DNA of 64,000 nt from positions 1,376,001-1,440,000 of the forward strand of contig OY969801.1 of the NCBI GenBank assembly GCA_963703225.1. The letters are read 5' to 3'. Under the pieces are notes generated by a model, which was not told where the DNA came from, made no database searches, and worked only from the letters and a program-made list of their open reading frames with translations. The DNA comes from Candidatus Eiseniibacteriota bacterium (GTDB lineage Bacteria; Eisenbacteria; RBG-16-71-46; SZUA-252). Of the stretch, positions 32,038-41,659 are shown piece by piece (the stretch's first letter is position 1; each line of letters opens with the position of its first letter). Made by a program: the position numbers and the translations under genes.

Positions 32038-32235
32038 GAGGGCTCGGGGAACACCGGTTGCAGTGTCACGTAGGCGTACTGACATAGCGAACCGAATTGT
32101 TCCCTGCGGTGCTCGCGAGAATCGTCCGGTCCTGAGCTGATCCCCTCGACGAGACGACGCAGTTTCACTGGCACCGGATGCACGACGCCTGTGGGGAACA
32201 TTGATATCTCCAGGGGCCCCCTCCCCAGGGCCCTC
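32038..32235 (+). ncRNA. Candidate structured ncRNA (6S-like elements, atypical layout)
   Basis: Closing stem 32038-32050/32222-32235, hairpin 32055-32094 and long irregular hairpin 32098-32200. Many G-U pairs favour the + strand; a terminator-like hairpin follows. Confidence 0.55.
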
Positions 32236-32274
32236 GAAGGCGCCGAGGCGAGACTTCGGCGCCTTCTCTCATTT
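32236..32274 (+). terminator. Intrinsic terminator-like hairpin
   Basis: GAAGGCGCCGAGG-CGAGA-CTTCGGCGCCTTC (13-bp stem) followed by TCTCATTT. Confidence 0.6.
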
Positions 32275-32301
32275 GAATCGCGGTCTCCCCTCTGTTAGCT
32301 T
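32273..32301 (+). promoter_or_regulatory. Candidate sigma70 promoter of sppA
   Basis: TTGAAT-N17-TAGCTT with extended -10 TG. Confidence 0.45.
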
Positions 32302-32344
32302 TGGCCTGTCGATCGCTTCCAGCAGTGGGACCGGAGAACCCGTC

Positions 32345-33241
32345 GTGGCGCAGAATCGCTGGCTCCTAGGCTGCGCCCTCCTCATCGCGGGGACGGTGGC
32401 GACGGTCGCCCTCGCCTTCCTCGTCGTGAACATGGCGCTGAGCGGGGACCGCCCCAGCCTGAGCGGGCTCACCGGTCGCGTGGGGCTCGTCGAGGTCGTC
32501 GGGGAGATCGACGATTCCGAGGCATTCGTCGATCAGATCGAGCGGCTGGAGCGCGATGCGAGCGTGCACGCCGTGGTGATCCGTCTCGACAGCCCGGGAG
32601 GCGGCGTCGCCGCGTCCCAGGAGATGTACGAGGCGGTCCGGAAGCTCCGCGGATGAAGGGAAGCCGGTCGTCGCCTCCATGGCGGGCGTCGCCGCCTCGG
32701 GCGCGTTCTACCTCGCCTGCGCCGCCGATTCCATCGTCTCGAACCCTGGGACGCTGACCGGGAGCATCGGGGTGATCATGAGCTTCCCGAATACGGAGGA
32801 GCTGTTCCGCAAGGTGGGCGTGCGCCTCGAGGTGGTGAAGACCGGAAAGTTCAAGGACGTCGGCTCGATCTGGCGGCCCATGACCGAGGACGAGCGGAAG
32901 CTCCTCCAGGATGTTCTGGCGCAACGTGTACGACCAGTTCATCGACGCCATCGCCGAAGGGCGGAGCTTGAATCGCGAGGACATTCTTCCGTACGCCGAT
33001 GGTCGCGTTTTCACCGGCGACCAGGCGTTGGAGTACGGCTTCGTCGACCGCCTCGGGCGATCTGGATGACGCCATCCAGATGGCGGCCAAGATGGGCGGC
33101 ATCCGCGGCAAGCCCTCGGTCGTCCGCAAGGACCGGCGGCGGGTGTCCATTCTCGATTTTCTCGACGAGAAGATGAATCAGCTGGGCGGCGCGACCGGGC
33201 TCTCCTCCTCGGGGCCGCGGTTGGAGTATCGCCTGCGCTGA
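32345..33241 (+). CDS. sppA: Signal peptide peptidase SppA, 36K type (frameshifted)
   Basis: 'RLDSPGG', 'AASGAFY', 'TGSIGVI', 'KTGKFKD', 'DGRVFTG'. Confidence 0.92.
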
Positions 33242-33270
33242 TTGACGGGTGGAGTAGCCGGTGCTAGATT
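33242..33270 (+). promoter_or_regulatory. sigma70 promoter for HU/IHF-bS22
   Basis: TTGACG-N17-TAGATT with extended -10 TG. Confidence 0.55.
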
Positions 33271-33326
33271 CTTCGCGCGTCGCCGTCCGAATCACGGCCG
33301 GGGGCGAATCCGTGGGGAGGGAATCC

Positions 33327-33607
33327 ATGACCAAGGCCGATCTCGTGGATGAAATTTCGACCCAGACCAAGATTTCGAAGAGCGAGACGGCGACCATCGT
33401 CGATCAGCTGCTCAATGCCATTTCGCGGGCGCTTAAGCGAAGGGAAGCACATCGAGATCCGCGGGTTCGGGACGTTCAAGGTGCGGGAGCGGAAGGCCAC
33501 GGAAGGCGCGGAATCCGCGATCGGGCGCCGAGGTGATGGTCCCCGCCAAGCTGGTCCCGGTGTTCAAGGCTTCCAACGAGCTCAAGGGAGCGGTCCGCAG
33601 CGGCTGA
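33327..33607 (+). CDS. HU/IHF family DNA-binding protein (frameshifted)
   Basis: 'MTKADLVDEI', 'IEIRGFGTFKV', 'ARNPRSG', 'PVFKASNELK'. Confidence 0.92.
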
Positions 33608-33630
33608 GCGCGCGCGGACAAAGGAGAGCG

Positions 33631-33726
33631 ATGGGAAGCGGAAAAAAGCGCAAGCGCAAGAAGATCGCCACGCACAAGCGGAAGAAGCGTCTCCGCAGAG
33701 ATCGACACAAGAAGCGGCTCCGTTGA
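33631..33726 (+). CDS. Small basic ribosomal protein bS22 (AURKAIP1/COX24-like), 31 aa
   Basis: MGSGKKRKRKKIATHKRKKRLRRDRHKKRLR after an AAGGAG RBS; matches the 'GKKRKRxKxATHKRKKR' pattern. Not listed separately in the ORF track. Confidence 0.85.
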   Translation: MGSGKKRKRKKIATHKRKKRLRRDRHKKRLR

Positions 33727-33771
33727 TCGGGTGATTTCCCGGCTCGGTCCACGTCGCCGCGTCGGCGGCAC

Positions 33772-33816
33772 TCGGCCCGGCCCGTCCCAGTCCAGGACGG
33801 CCGGGCCGGATTGTTT
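33772..33816 (+). terminator. Terminator-like hairpin after bS22
   Basis: CGGCCCGGCCCGTCC...GGACGGCCGGGCCG stem followed by ATTGTTT. Confidence 0.45.
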
Positions 33817-33825
33817 GGAGCCGTG

Positions 33826-35800
33826 ATGCGGCGAACCCTCGTCGGGCGGCTTCATGCACCCGATTCGGCTACGGGTTCGTCCGGGTGGACGACGGCGGCG
33901 AGGATCTCTTCATCCCCCCGCCCGCGATGGGCGGCGCGCTCCACGGCGATCGCGTGCGGGCCGGCTTTCTGCGAGACGCGGCGGGAAGGCGACGCGCACG
34001 AGGTGATCGAAGTTCTCGAGCGCACCCGCGTACGGGATCGTCGGGCGATTCGAGGGACGGGGCCGGCGTGCCCTTCTCTTTCCCGAGCGCCCCGAGTATC
34101 CCCGCGAGATCCTCGTCACGCTGCACGCGCGGAAGCACGTTCCATCGGGGGCTCGCGTCCTCGTCCGCCTCGTCCCGACCCCTCCCGAGCCTCTGGTGGG
34201 GCACGTGGAAGCGATCTTTGCCGACGATGATGCCCGCGAGGACAGCCTGCTCGTCGCGCTGGAGGAGGGGATCCGGATCGAGTTCGACGGCGAGGCGGAG
34301 CGGGAGGCCGCCTCCTTCGGCGCCGAATCGGTGTCGCACGCGGCGCACAACCGGGCCGATTTTCGCTCCGGGCTCGTCCTCACGATCGACCCCGCCGACG
34401 CGAAGGACCACGACGACGCGCTCTCGATCGTCGAAGCCGAGCCTGGGGGCGGGGCCGCGGTCGGCATCCATATCGCGGACGTGACGCACTACGTCCGACC
34501 CGAGAGCGCGCTCGACCGCGAGGCGCAGTCGCGGGGAACCAGCGTCTACCTCGCCGACGCGACGTATCCGATGCTCCCGTCGGCGCTCTCCTCCGGGCTC
34601 TGCAGCCTCTCCGAGGGGGTCGACAGGCTCACGGTGAGCGTCATCGCCGAATTGGGCGCGGACGGCGCTCTCCGCGGCGCGCGCGTCGTGGAGGGGGTGA
34701 TCCGGAGCGACGCGTCGCTCAGCTACCCCGAGGCGCACCGCCTGCTGCGGGAGGGGGTAGGAGAGCGGGCCGAGGCGCTCCGGACGCTCGACCGGTTGGC
34801 CAAGTCGCTCCGTGCGCGGCGGCTCGAGCGCGGGGGGCTGGAGCTGGACTTGCCGGAGATCAAGCCCGAGCTCGATTCGAGGGGCGAGCCGATCACGTTC
34901 GATGAGGTCTCTCGCCTTCCGACGCACGAGCTGATCGAGGAGTTCATGCTCCTCGCCAACCAGGTCGTCGGGCACCGAGCGCGATCGATGGAGCTTCCCT
35001 TTCTTTACCGGATTCACGAGCGGCCGCGCTATGATAAGCTGCGTGCCTTCTTCGAGGCGGCGCGCTACCTCGGCCGCCAGGGCCCGGCGCAGATCGTCAC
35101 CGACGCGAAGCAGCTTCGCCGGTGGATCTCGCACGGGAAGAGCGCCAAGGATCGGCTCCTGAACATGCATCTCCTTCGCGCTCTCGAGAAGGCACGGTAC
35201 GACTTGGTCGACGTGGGGCACTTCGGACTGGGGATGGACGGCTACGCCCATTTCACGTCTCCCATACGAAGATATCCCGATCTGGCCAATCACCGGATGG
35301 TGAAGCGATTTCTCATCGAAGGCGCGCGCCCGGGAGGCGATCCCTGGAAGTTCGCGGCCGGGTGGCTCGATGCGTCGATCGCGGCGCGCTCCTCGGACGC
35401 GGAGATCTCGGCCGACGATGCCGAACGGGCGGTCGAGAAGAGAAAGGCGGTACGGTTCGCGCTGCAGCGCCTGGGGGAGGAAGCCCGGGGCGTGATCTCG
35501 GGGGTGACCCCGGGCGGGCTTTTTGTATGGATCGAAGGGTGGCGCATCGAGGGCTTCTTGCCGAAGCGATCGATCGGGGATCCTTCCCTCACCCTCGCGG
35601 AGCATGGATTTTCTCTTCGCTCGAAGCGATCGAGACACCGCTTCGGGCTCGGTGACTCGGTCCCGGTCATGGTCGTCCGCGCGGACCTGGATCGTCGCGA
35701 AGTGGAACTGGGTCTGGCCCGCCGCGCGGGGGCGAAGGCCGGGCGCGCGAAGCGCGCGGAGCGACGGGCCTCCGCGCCCGGACGACGAGGCCGCCGGTAG
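33826..35800 (+). CDS. rnr: Ribonuclease R / RNase II family (5' part frameshifted)
   Basis: 'GYGFVR', 'ALHGDRV', 'TIDPADAKDHDDALS', 'HFTSPIRRYPDL', C-terminal S1 domain and basic tail. Confidence 0.92.
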
Positions 35801-35821
35801 TGGCGGGTCCCCGACAAGGAG

Positions 35822-36265
35822 ATGGGAATGACGAAGCCTACGCGTGAGCGACGGAAGTCGCCGCGCATACCGGCCAAGCTCGCCATGCAGGTCGCGGGGC
35901 AGGACGACGCGTCGGTCCTGACGACCGAAAGCATCAACCTCTCGTCGAGCGGCATCCAGTTCGGGAGCCGCGTCTTCCTCTCGCCGCTGACCAAGGTCGC
36001 CCTGACGCTCCTCTTGCCGCCCTTCGGGAGTCGGCTGCGACGCGAGCGAATGCTCCAATGCGAGGGCGTGATCGTCCGCTGCGAGGAGCGGACAGGGCCG
36101 GGGCAAAAGCTCCGCTACGAGCTGGCCTGCTATTTCACCGATCTCGCGCAGGGGGATCGGGACCTGATCGAGCAGTACGTGGTCTGGCGCAGCATCCGCC
36201 GCCTTCCTTCGGTGAACGGAGAGGACCTCACGCCCAAGCCGCGGCGGAAGTCCGCCGCCCCCTGA
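35822..36265 (+). CDS. Stand-alone PilZ-domain protein
   Basis: RxxxR ('ERRKSPR') and NxSxxG ('NLSSSG') c-di-GMP-binding motifs. Confidence 0.85.
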   Translation: MGMTKPTRERRKSPRIPAKLAMQVAGQDDASVLTTESINLSSSGIQFGSRVFLSPLTKVALTLLLPPFGSRLRRERMLQCEGVIVRCEERTGPGQKLRYELACYFTDLAQGDRDLIEQYVVWRSIRRLPSVNGEDLTPKPRRKSAAP

Positions 36266-36349
36266 AGGCCGGAACCCGGGGCCCCACCCGAGGGTAGTGC
36301 CTGGGGCAGGCATCGTCCCCCAGGGGAGGAGATCCGGCTGCCATCCAAG

Positions 36350-37384
36350 ATGGGCACCCCAACCACACAAACGCCGCTCCACCGCTCGTTCGGCCTCCTG
36401 ATTCTGGCCGCGATCCTCTGGCCCGCTCCCGGAATGGCGACGCGTTACGCCGGCGAATTTCTCCGAATCGGGGTTGGCGCGCGGGCCCTGGGCATGGGGA
36501 GCGCGTTCGCCGGGCTGGCCGATGACGGCACCGCGGCCTTCTGGAACCCGGCGGGCCTCGCCACGCTCCAGAACCGCGAGGTGACCTTCATGCACGCCGA
36601 GCAGTTCGGCTCGATCGTGAAATACGATTTTCTTTCTTACACCATGCCCATCAGCCCACCGGGAAAACCGAAGCAGGCCCTGGCCGTCTCGCTCATCCGC
36701 CTCGGCGTCGACGACATCCCCGACACCCGGGGCCTCGAGCTGGCCTGGGACGCGAACGGGAACGGAAAATTCGACTACCCCGAGGACCGACTGATCGTGG
36801 ACGAGAGTCGGTTCGTCTTCAACAGCGACAACGATTGGGCCCTCCTCTTCAGCTACTCGCGCCAACTCGGGAACAAGTTCTCTCTCGGCGGGAATTTGAA
36901 AGTCATCCGGCAGTGGCTGGGGGACAGCCTTCGGTCGACCGGCTTTGGGCTGGACCTGGGCGCTCTCTACGTCGGGAAAAGCGGTTGGTCCGCCGGCGCG
37001 AAGCTGACCGACGCGACGACCACCCGCATCCTCTGGAATACGGGAACCAACGAATACATCTCGCCCTCGCTCCGCGTGGGAGGCGCGAAGACCCACTCCT
37101 TCAAGAACCATCGCCACACGATCACGGCGGCGCTCGATGTCCAGGTCGGCTTCGCCGATGAGCAGCTCTCCAGCCAGGCCAACCTCGGATCGATGACGTT
37201 CGAGTTCCATCCCGGTCTCGAGTATTGGCTGGAGCGAAGGGTCGCGCTCCGGGCGGGCTTCGAGGCACAGAACTTCTCGGCAGGTGCCGGATTTCGGATC
37301 AAGAAATTCGGGGTCGACTACGCGTACCTCGACCATCAAGATTTGGACTCCAGCCACCGCATCTCGGCTTTGTTCGCATTCTAG
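36350..37384 (+). CDS. PorV/PorQ-family outer membrane beta-barrel
   Basis: Signal peptide; 'FLRIGVGARALGMGSAF..ADD.TAAFWNPAGLA'; amphipathic strands; terminal Phe. Confidence 0.85.
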   Translation: MGTPTTQTPLHRSFGLLILAAILWPAPGMATRYAGEFLRIGVGARALGMGSAFAGLADDGTAAFWNPAGLATLQNREVTFMHAEQFGSIVKYDFLSYTMPISPPGKPKQALAVSLIRLGVDDIPDTRGLELAWDANGNGKFDYPEDRLIVDESRFVFNSDNDWALLFSYSRQLGNKFSLGGNLKVIRQWLGDSLRSTGFGLDLGALYVGKSGWSAGAKLTDATTTRILWNTGTNEYISPSLRVGGAKTHSFKNHRHTITAALDVQVGFADEQLSSQANLGSMTFEFHPGLEYWLERRVALRAGFEAQNFSAGAGFRIKKFGVDYAYLDHQDLDSSHRISALFAF

Positions 37385-37409
37385 AAATCGATCGGCCGGG
37401 GGGCCGCGC

Positions 37410-38684
37410 GTGACCGTCGCACCTTCGATCCTCGTGCTCGTGCTCGCATCCGGGAGGAACGAGAGGCTCCACGCGCTGGCGCGCATGCGCCCGGCGTCGG
37501 CGCTCCCCTTCGGCGGCAAGTACCGGATCATCGACTTCACCCTTTCCAACTGCGTCCACTCGGGCCTGACGCGCGTCGGTGTCCTGACCCAATACGCCCC
37601 GCTCTCGCTCCAGGGGCATATCGGGATCGGCCGCGCCTGGGACCTCGATCGCCGGGATGGCGGAATCCGCCTGCTGCAGCCCTACGTCCGGCAACGGGAG
37701 ACCAACTGGTACCGGGGAACGGCCGACGCCCTGGTCCAGAATCGGAACGTCATCGCCGATGCCCAAGCGCGGCATATCCTCGTTCTCTCGGGCGATCAGA
37801 TCTACAAAATGGACTTCGGGCCGCTGATCCAGCGGCACGAGTCGCGGAGGGCGGCCCTCACCATCGTCACCACGCGCCGTCCGGACGGGGAGCCGGGTCA
37901 CTACGTCGACGTCGAAACCGATTCGACGGGCAAGGTGCGCGCGCTCGGGGAACGCCCGGGCAGCACGCCTGGCGTCGCCGTCTCCACCTCGATCTACCTG
38001 TTTCGGGCGCGAGAGCTCACTCGCCGCCTGGACCACCCGAACGTGGGTGTCGATCTGCTCTCGGACGTGATCCGGCCGATGATCGCGGAGGGGCATCCGG
38101 TCTACGCCGAGCCGCTCGATGGATACTGGCGCGACGTGGCCACCATCGACGCGTACTACGAGACGAGCATGGACCTCCTCCGGCCGCTCCCGCCGCTCAA
38201 TCTCCACGATCCCGACTGGCTCATCTACACCCCCAGCGAGGACCGGGCCCCATCACTCCTGGGCGGCCACGGGGACGTGACCTCGAGCCTGGTCGCCCAT
38301 GGCGGCCGCATCGAGGGCGTCGTGCGTCGATCGATCCTCTTTCCCGGGGTGCACGTGGGTGCCGACGCGGTGGTCGAGGACTCGATTGTCATGCACGACA
38401 CCCGCATTCTTCCCGGCGCCCGGCTGAACCGGGCGATCGTCGACAAGAAGGTGCGCGTGGGGGAGGGGGCGGAGGTGGGCCTCGGCGAGGGCGGCCCCCA
38501 CCGCCAGCATCCCCGCGATCTCGGCTCCGGGCTCACGCTCGTCGGGAAGGGAGCCGAGATTCCGGCCGGCGCGCGAATCGGCCGAAATTCACTGGTCGAG
38601 GCCGGGGTGCGCGAATCGGATTTCTCGCGGGACCGGATTCCGCCGGGCTCCACCGTCGGCCCGGGCGGGGGGATGGCCGGGTGA
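37410..38684 (+). CDS. ADP-glucose pyrophosphorylase-like subunit with degenerate catalytic loop (GlgD-like)
   Basis: 'PFGGKYRIIDFTLSN', 'WYRGTADA' and LbH tail present, but 'LASGRNERL...RPASA' replaces GGxGxRL/RAKPA. Confidence 0.8.
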   Translation: MTVAPSILVLVLASGRNERLHALARMRPASALPFGGKYRIIDFTLSNCVHSGLTRVGVLTQYAPLSLQGHIGIGRAWDLDRRDGGIRLLQPYVRQRETNWYRGTADALVQNRNVIADAQARHILVLSGDQIYKMDFGPLIQRHESRRAALTIVTTRRPDGEPGHYVDVETDSTGKVRALGERPGSTPGVAVSTSIYLFRARELTRRLDHPNVGVDLLSDVIRPMIAEGHPVYAEPLDGYWRDVATIDAYYETSMDLLRPLPPLNLHDPDWLIYTPSEDRAPSLLGGHGDVTSSLVAHGGRIEGVVRRSILFPGVHVGADAVVEDSIVMHDTRILPGARLNRAIVDKKVRVGEGAEVGLGEGGPHRQHPRDLGSGLTLVGKGAEIPAGARIGRNSLVEAGVRESDFSRDRIPPGSTVGPGGGMAG

Positions 38685-39988
38685 GCTTTATCTCCTACGC
38701 CATGATCCTCGCCGGCGGCCTCGGCAGCAGGCTCTGCCTCCTCTCGGAGAAGAGGGCCAAGCCCGCGGTGCCGTTCGGCGGCAAATACCGGATCATCGAC
38801 TACACGCTCTCCAACTGCGTGAACTCCGGGGTCTTCGACATCAGCATCCTCGCCCAGTACCGACCTCTCTCCCTGCGCGACCACATCGGCATCGGTCGTC
38901 CCTGGGATCTGGATCGGAAACGGGGAGGCGTCGAGCTCCTGCAGCCGTTTCAGGGATGGAGCGAGAACGATTGGTACCGCGGGACCGCCGACGCGGTCTG
39001 GCAGAATCGGGACCGGCTGGCCGAGCGCGAGGCGGAGCATCTGCTGGTGCTTTCCGGGGACCACGTCTACCGGATGGACTACCGGCCGATGATCGAGGCC
39101 CATCTCGAGCGCGGCGCCGACGCCACCGTCGCGACCGCCGAGGTGCCGATCGAGCAGGCCTCGCAGTTCGGCGTGGTCCGCACCGACGCGTCCGGATGGA
39201 TCACCGGATTCCTGGAGAAGCCCAAGGATCCGCCCGCGGGCACGATCTCCATGGGGGTCTACGCGTTTCGCGTGGCGGCGCTCTTGGAGTCCCTCGAGCG
39301 AGACGCCGGCCGAAATTCGGCGCACGATTTTGGCAGAAACATACTCCCCGAGATGGTCGGGGGAGGCCGCGTCCTGAGCCACGCGTTCCCGGGCTACTGG
39401 CAGGACATCGGCACGCTCGATTCGTACTACCGGGCGAACCTCGACCTGCTCCGCGAGGCCCCGCCATTTCCACTCGAGGATCCTCGGTGGCCGATCTTCA
39501 CGCCGAGCACGGAGAACCCCCCCGCGCGGATCGGTCCCCGGGCCAGGGTCCGGTCCTCGATCGTCACCCACGGGACGATCGTGAATGGAACGGTCGAGCG
39601 GTCGGTGCTGTTTCCGGGGACGGTCGTGGAGGAGGGGGCGGTGGTCCGCGAGTCGATCCTCATGGGGGATTCGTGGATCGGCCCTGGCGCCGCGCTCGAT
39701 CGCGTCATCTGCGACAAGCGCGTGCACGTCGGACGCGGCGCCGTGGTCGGGACCGGGCCGATGATCCCCAATCGCTCATGCCCGGAGCACCTGAGCTCCG
39801 GGATCACGATCCTCGGAAAGGAGACCCGCGTGCCCGAGGGGATCTCCATCGGGAGGAACGCGCGGATCGCCCCGGACCTGGTCGAGGATGATTTTCCTTC
39901 CGGTGGGATTCCGAGTGGAGACGTGCTCGAGCGGGGGAGCGGCCCCTCGCCGGTGCCGGCCGACAAGCGCGGGGCTAGCGGACCCTGA
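38681..39988 (+). CDS. glgC: Glucose-1-phosphate adenylyltransferase
   Basis: 'LAGGLGSRL', 'RAKPAVPFGGKYR', 'FLEKP', 'YWQDIGT'. Confidence 0.93.
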   Translation: MSFISYAMILAGGLGSRLCLLSEKRAKPAVPFGGKYRIIDYTLSNCVNSGVFDISILAQYRPLSLRDHIGIGRPWDLDRKRGGVELLQPFQGWSENDWYRGTADAVWQNRDRLAEREAEHLLVLSGDHVYRMDYRPMIEAHLERGADATVATAEVPIEQASQFGVVRTDASGWITGFLEKPKDPPAGTISMGVYAFRVAALLESLERDAGRNSAHDFGRNILPEMVGGGRVLSHAFPGYWQDIGTLDSYYRANLDLLREAPPFPLEDPRWPIFTPSTENPPARIGPRARVRSSIVTHGTIVNGTVERSVLFPGTVVEEGAVVRESILMGDSWIGPGAALDRVICDKRVHVGRGAVVGTGPMIPNRSCPEHLSSGITILGKETRVPEGISIGRNARIAPDLVEDDFPSGGIPSGDVLERGSGPSPVPADKRGASGP

Positions 39989-41360
39989 GCCTCTGCCCGG
40001 CGCGAATCTGGCCCGCGTCCGAGAGACCGTTGATTCGGACGAGCCGGCTCGTGCTCGTCCCGTAGCGGTGCCCGATCTGCGAGAGCGTTTCGCCCCGACG
40101 GACGACGTGCGTTCCCGATCGGCTCCGCCGGGACGGCTGCCTCAACTCGAGCCGGTGAGCGCGGGCGGCCGCCTTCAGCTCGCTCTTCGTCATGGGCTTG
40201 GGGCTGTACGTCGTCTCGAGCGCCAGCTGGACTTCCTCGCCCATTCCGTGCGGAACCCTCAGGGACGTTCCCTCCTTCTCCCCGGGCGCGCGGTGGCGCA
40301 CGAGCGAAGGATTGAGCCGCTCCAGCTCCGCGATCTCCACGCCGCTCACGCGGGCGACCTCCTGGATGTCGATCGGCCCTTCCAGAAGTACTTCGTCGTA
40401 ACGAAGCGGCGAGTTCTCGGGCACCTCAAAGCCGTAGCGCTCGGGGTCGGAGGCGATCTCCATCGCGGCGAGAAACTTCGGAACGTAGTCCTTGGTCTCC
40501 CGGGGAAGTCGCAGCTCCCAGAAGTCGTTCGTTCTTTGGCGCTTGATCGCGCGCTGCACCGTCCCCTCGCCCGAATTGTACGCGGCGAGGGCGAGCGGCC
40601 ATGAACCGTCGAACATCTCGTAGAGCCGGCGTAGGTAGCGCGCCGCGGCGCGGGTCGCAAGCTCCGGGTCCCGCCGCTCATCCTTGTAGGGCGTCATCTC
40701 GAGGCCGAACAGCCGCGCGGTCCCGCGGACGAATTGCCAGGGCCCGACGGCGCGCGCGACGGATTTGGCGTGCATGTTGAATCCGCTCTCGACGAAGACC
40801 AGGTTCGCGAGCTCCTCGGGAACCCCCTCGGCGCGGAGATTTTTCGTCAACAGATCCATGTACGACGCGGAGCGCGTAATCCAGAGCTGGAATCGATCCC
40901 GGCCCCGCCCGGTGTAGTACTCGATCCAGGCATCGACGCGGTCGTTTCGCTCGGGCTCCACGGGCCCCAGTTTCGGGAGCGGGCTGGGGGCCCCGTCGGC
41001 GATGTCGGCCTCGTCGTCCGCCGAGCGCGCACACCGGTCGCGGAGGTCCTCGAGCTTGTCGCGAAGCGAGGCCACCCCGGGACGGGACGGCGGGAAGTCG
41101 CGCAGGTCCTCCAGCGCCTCTTCCGCGAGGTCAAAGGCCTCCGTGGCGTCTCCCGATTGGGCGAGGCCCTCGGCCTTCGAGAGCTTGGCCCGAACCGGCG
41201 TGAGCGGATCCGGATCGGCCGGCTTGGCGGCGGAGACTTCGGCCGGCGCCTGACTCCAGCCTGGCATATCGGGACCAAATACGGTCGCGCCCGCTGGAAC
41301 AGCGGTTGCGATCGCCAGAATGGCCAACAGGATTGTTTGGAGCGAGCGGTTACTGTTCAA
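39975..41360 (-). CDS. Lytic murein transglycosylase with LysM domains (MltD-like)
   Basis: 'VFVESGF', 'AVGPWQF', 'LAAYNSGEG', 'ETKDYVPK', C-terminal LysM; TTG start at 41360 with GGAGG RBS and signal peptide. Confidence 0.9.
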   Translation of the reverse strand: MNSNRSLQTILLAILAIATAVPAGATVFGPDMPGWSQAPAEVSAAKPADPDPLTPVRAKLSKAEGLAQSGDATEAFDLAEEALEDLRDFPPSRPGVASLRDKLEDLRDRCARSADDEADIADGAPSPLPKLGPVEPERNDRVDAWIEYYTGRGRDRFQLWITRSASYMDLLTKNLRAEGVPEELANLVFVESGFNMHAKSVARAVGPWQFVRGTARLFGLEMTPYKDERRDPELATRAAARYLRRLYEMFDGSWPLALAAYNSGEGTVQRAIKRQRTNDFWELRLPRETKDYVPKFLAAMEIASDPERYGFEVPENSPLRYDEVLLEGPIDIQEVARVSGVEIAELERLNPSLVRHRAPGEKEGTSLRVPHGMGEEVQLALETTYSPKPMTKSELKAAARAHRLELRQPSRRSRSGTHVVRRGETLSQIGHRYGTSTSRLVRINGLSDAGQIRAGQRLRVR

Positions 41361-41624
41361 CGAGGCCTCCGCGTGGGAGATTTTGGGCCGATCGGACTCG
41401 AGGCCACGTTGGTGGAGCCGTCCGACCGACGCTTCCTGCCGCTCTCTGCCCTGAAACTTGGGAACGCGGAACTGATGCACGCTACTGGTCTTTCGTGCAA
41501 AATGCAAGCGTTGCCCGCCCAACCCGGCCTTTTGATCTTCGATCGGGCCAAGATAGGGGGCCGAATCCGGTCCCTAAGCCTTTTTGTTGCAAGCCATATG
41601 CCACTCGCGGAGGGAACCCTGTTG

Positions 41625-41653
41625 TTGACACATTCCCAACCCCTTCCTATTCT
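41625..41653 (+). promoter_or_regulatory. sigma70 promoter, probably giving a leaderless mRNA
   Basis: TTGACA-N17-TATTCT; GTG at 41660 coincides with the predicted +1. Confidence 0.65.
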
Positions 41654-41659
41654 GCGGGC

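Noticed and set aside
32038..32235. tmRNA, RNase P, SRP, 5S rRNA or cobalamin riboswitch identity for the structured region
   Set aside because: It lacks the hallmark motifs (tRNA-like ends, GAGGAAAGUCC, SRP GGAA-loop domain, B12 box).
33869..37549. Very long minus-strand ORFs (also 141-2504, 12173-15172, 57096-58820)
   Set aside because: Antisense shadows of well-supported + strand genes, expected with high-GC codon bias; no recognisable motifs.
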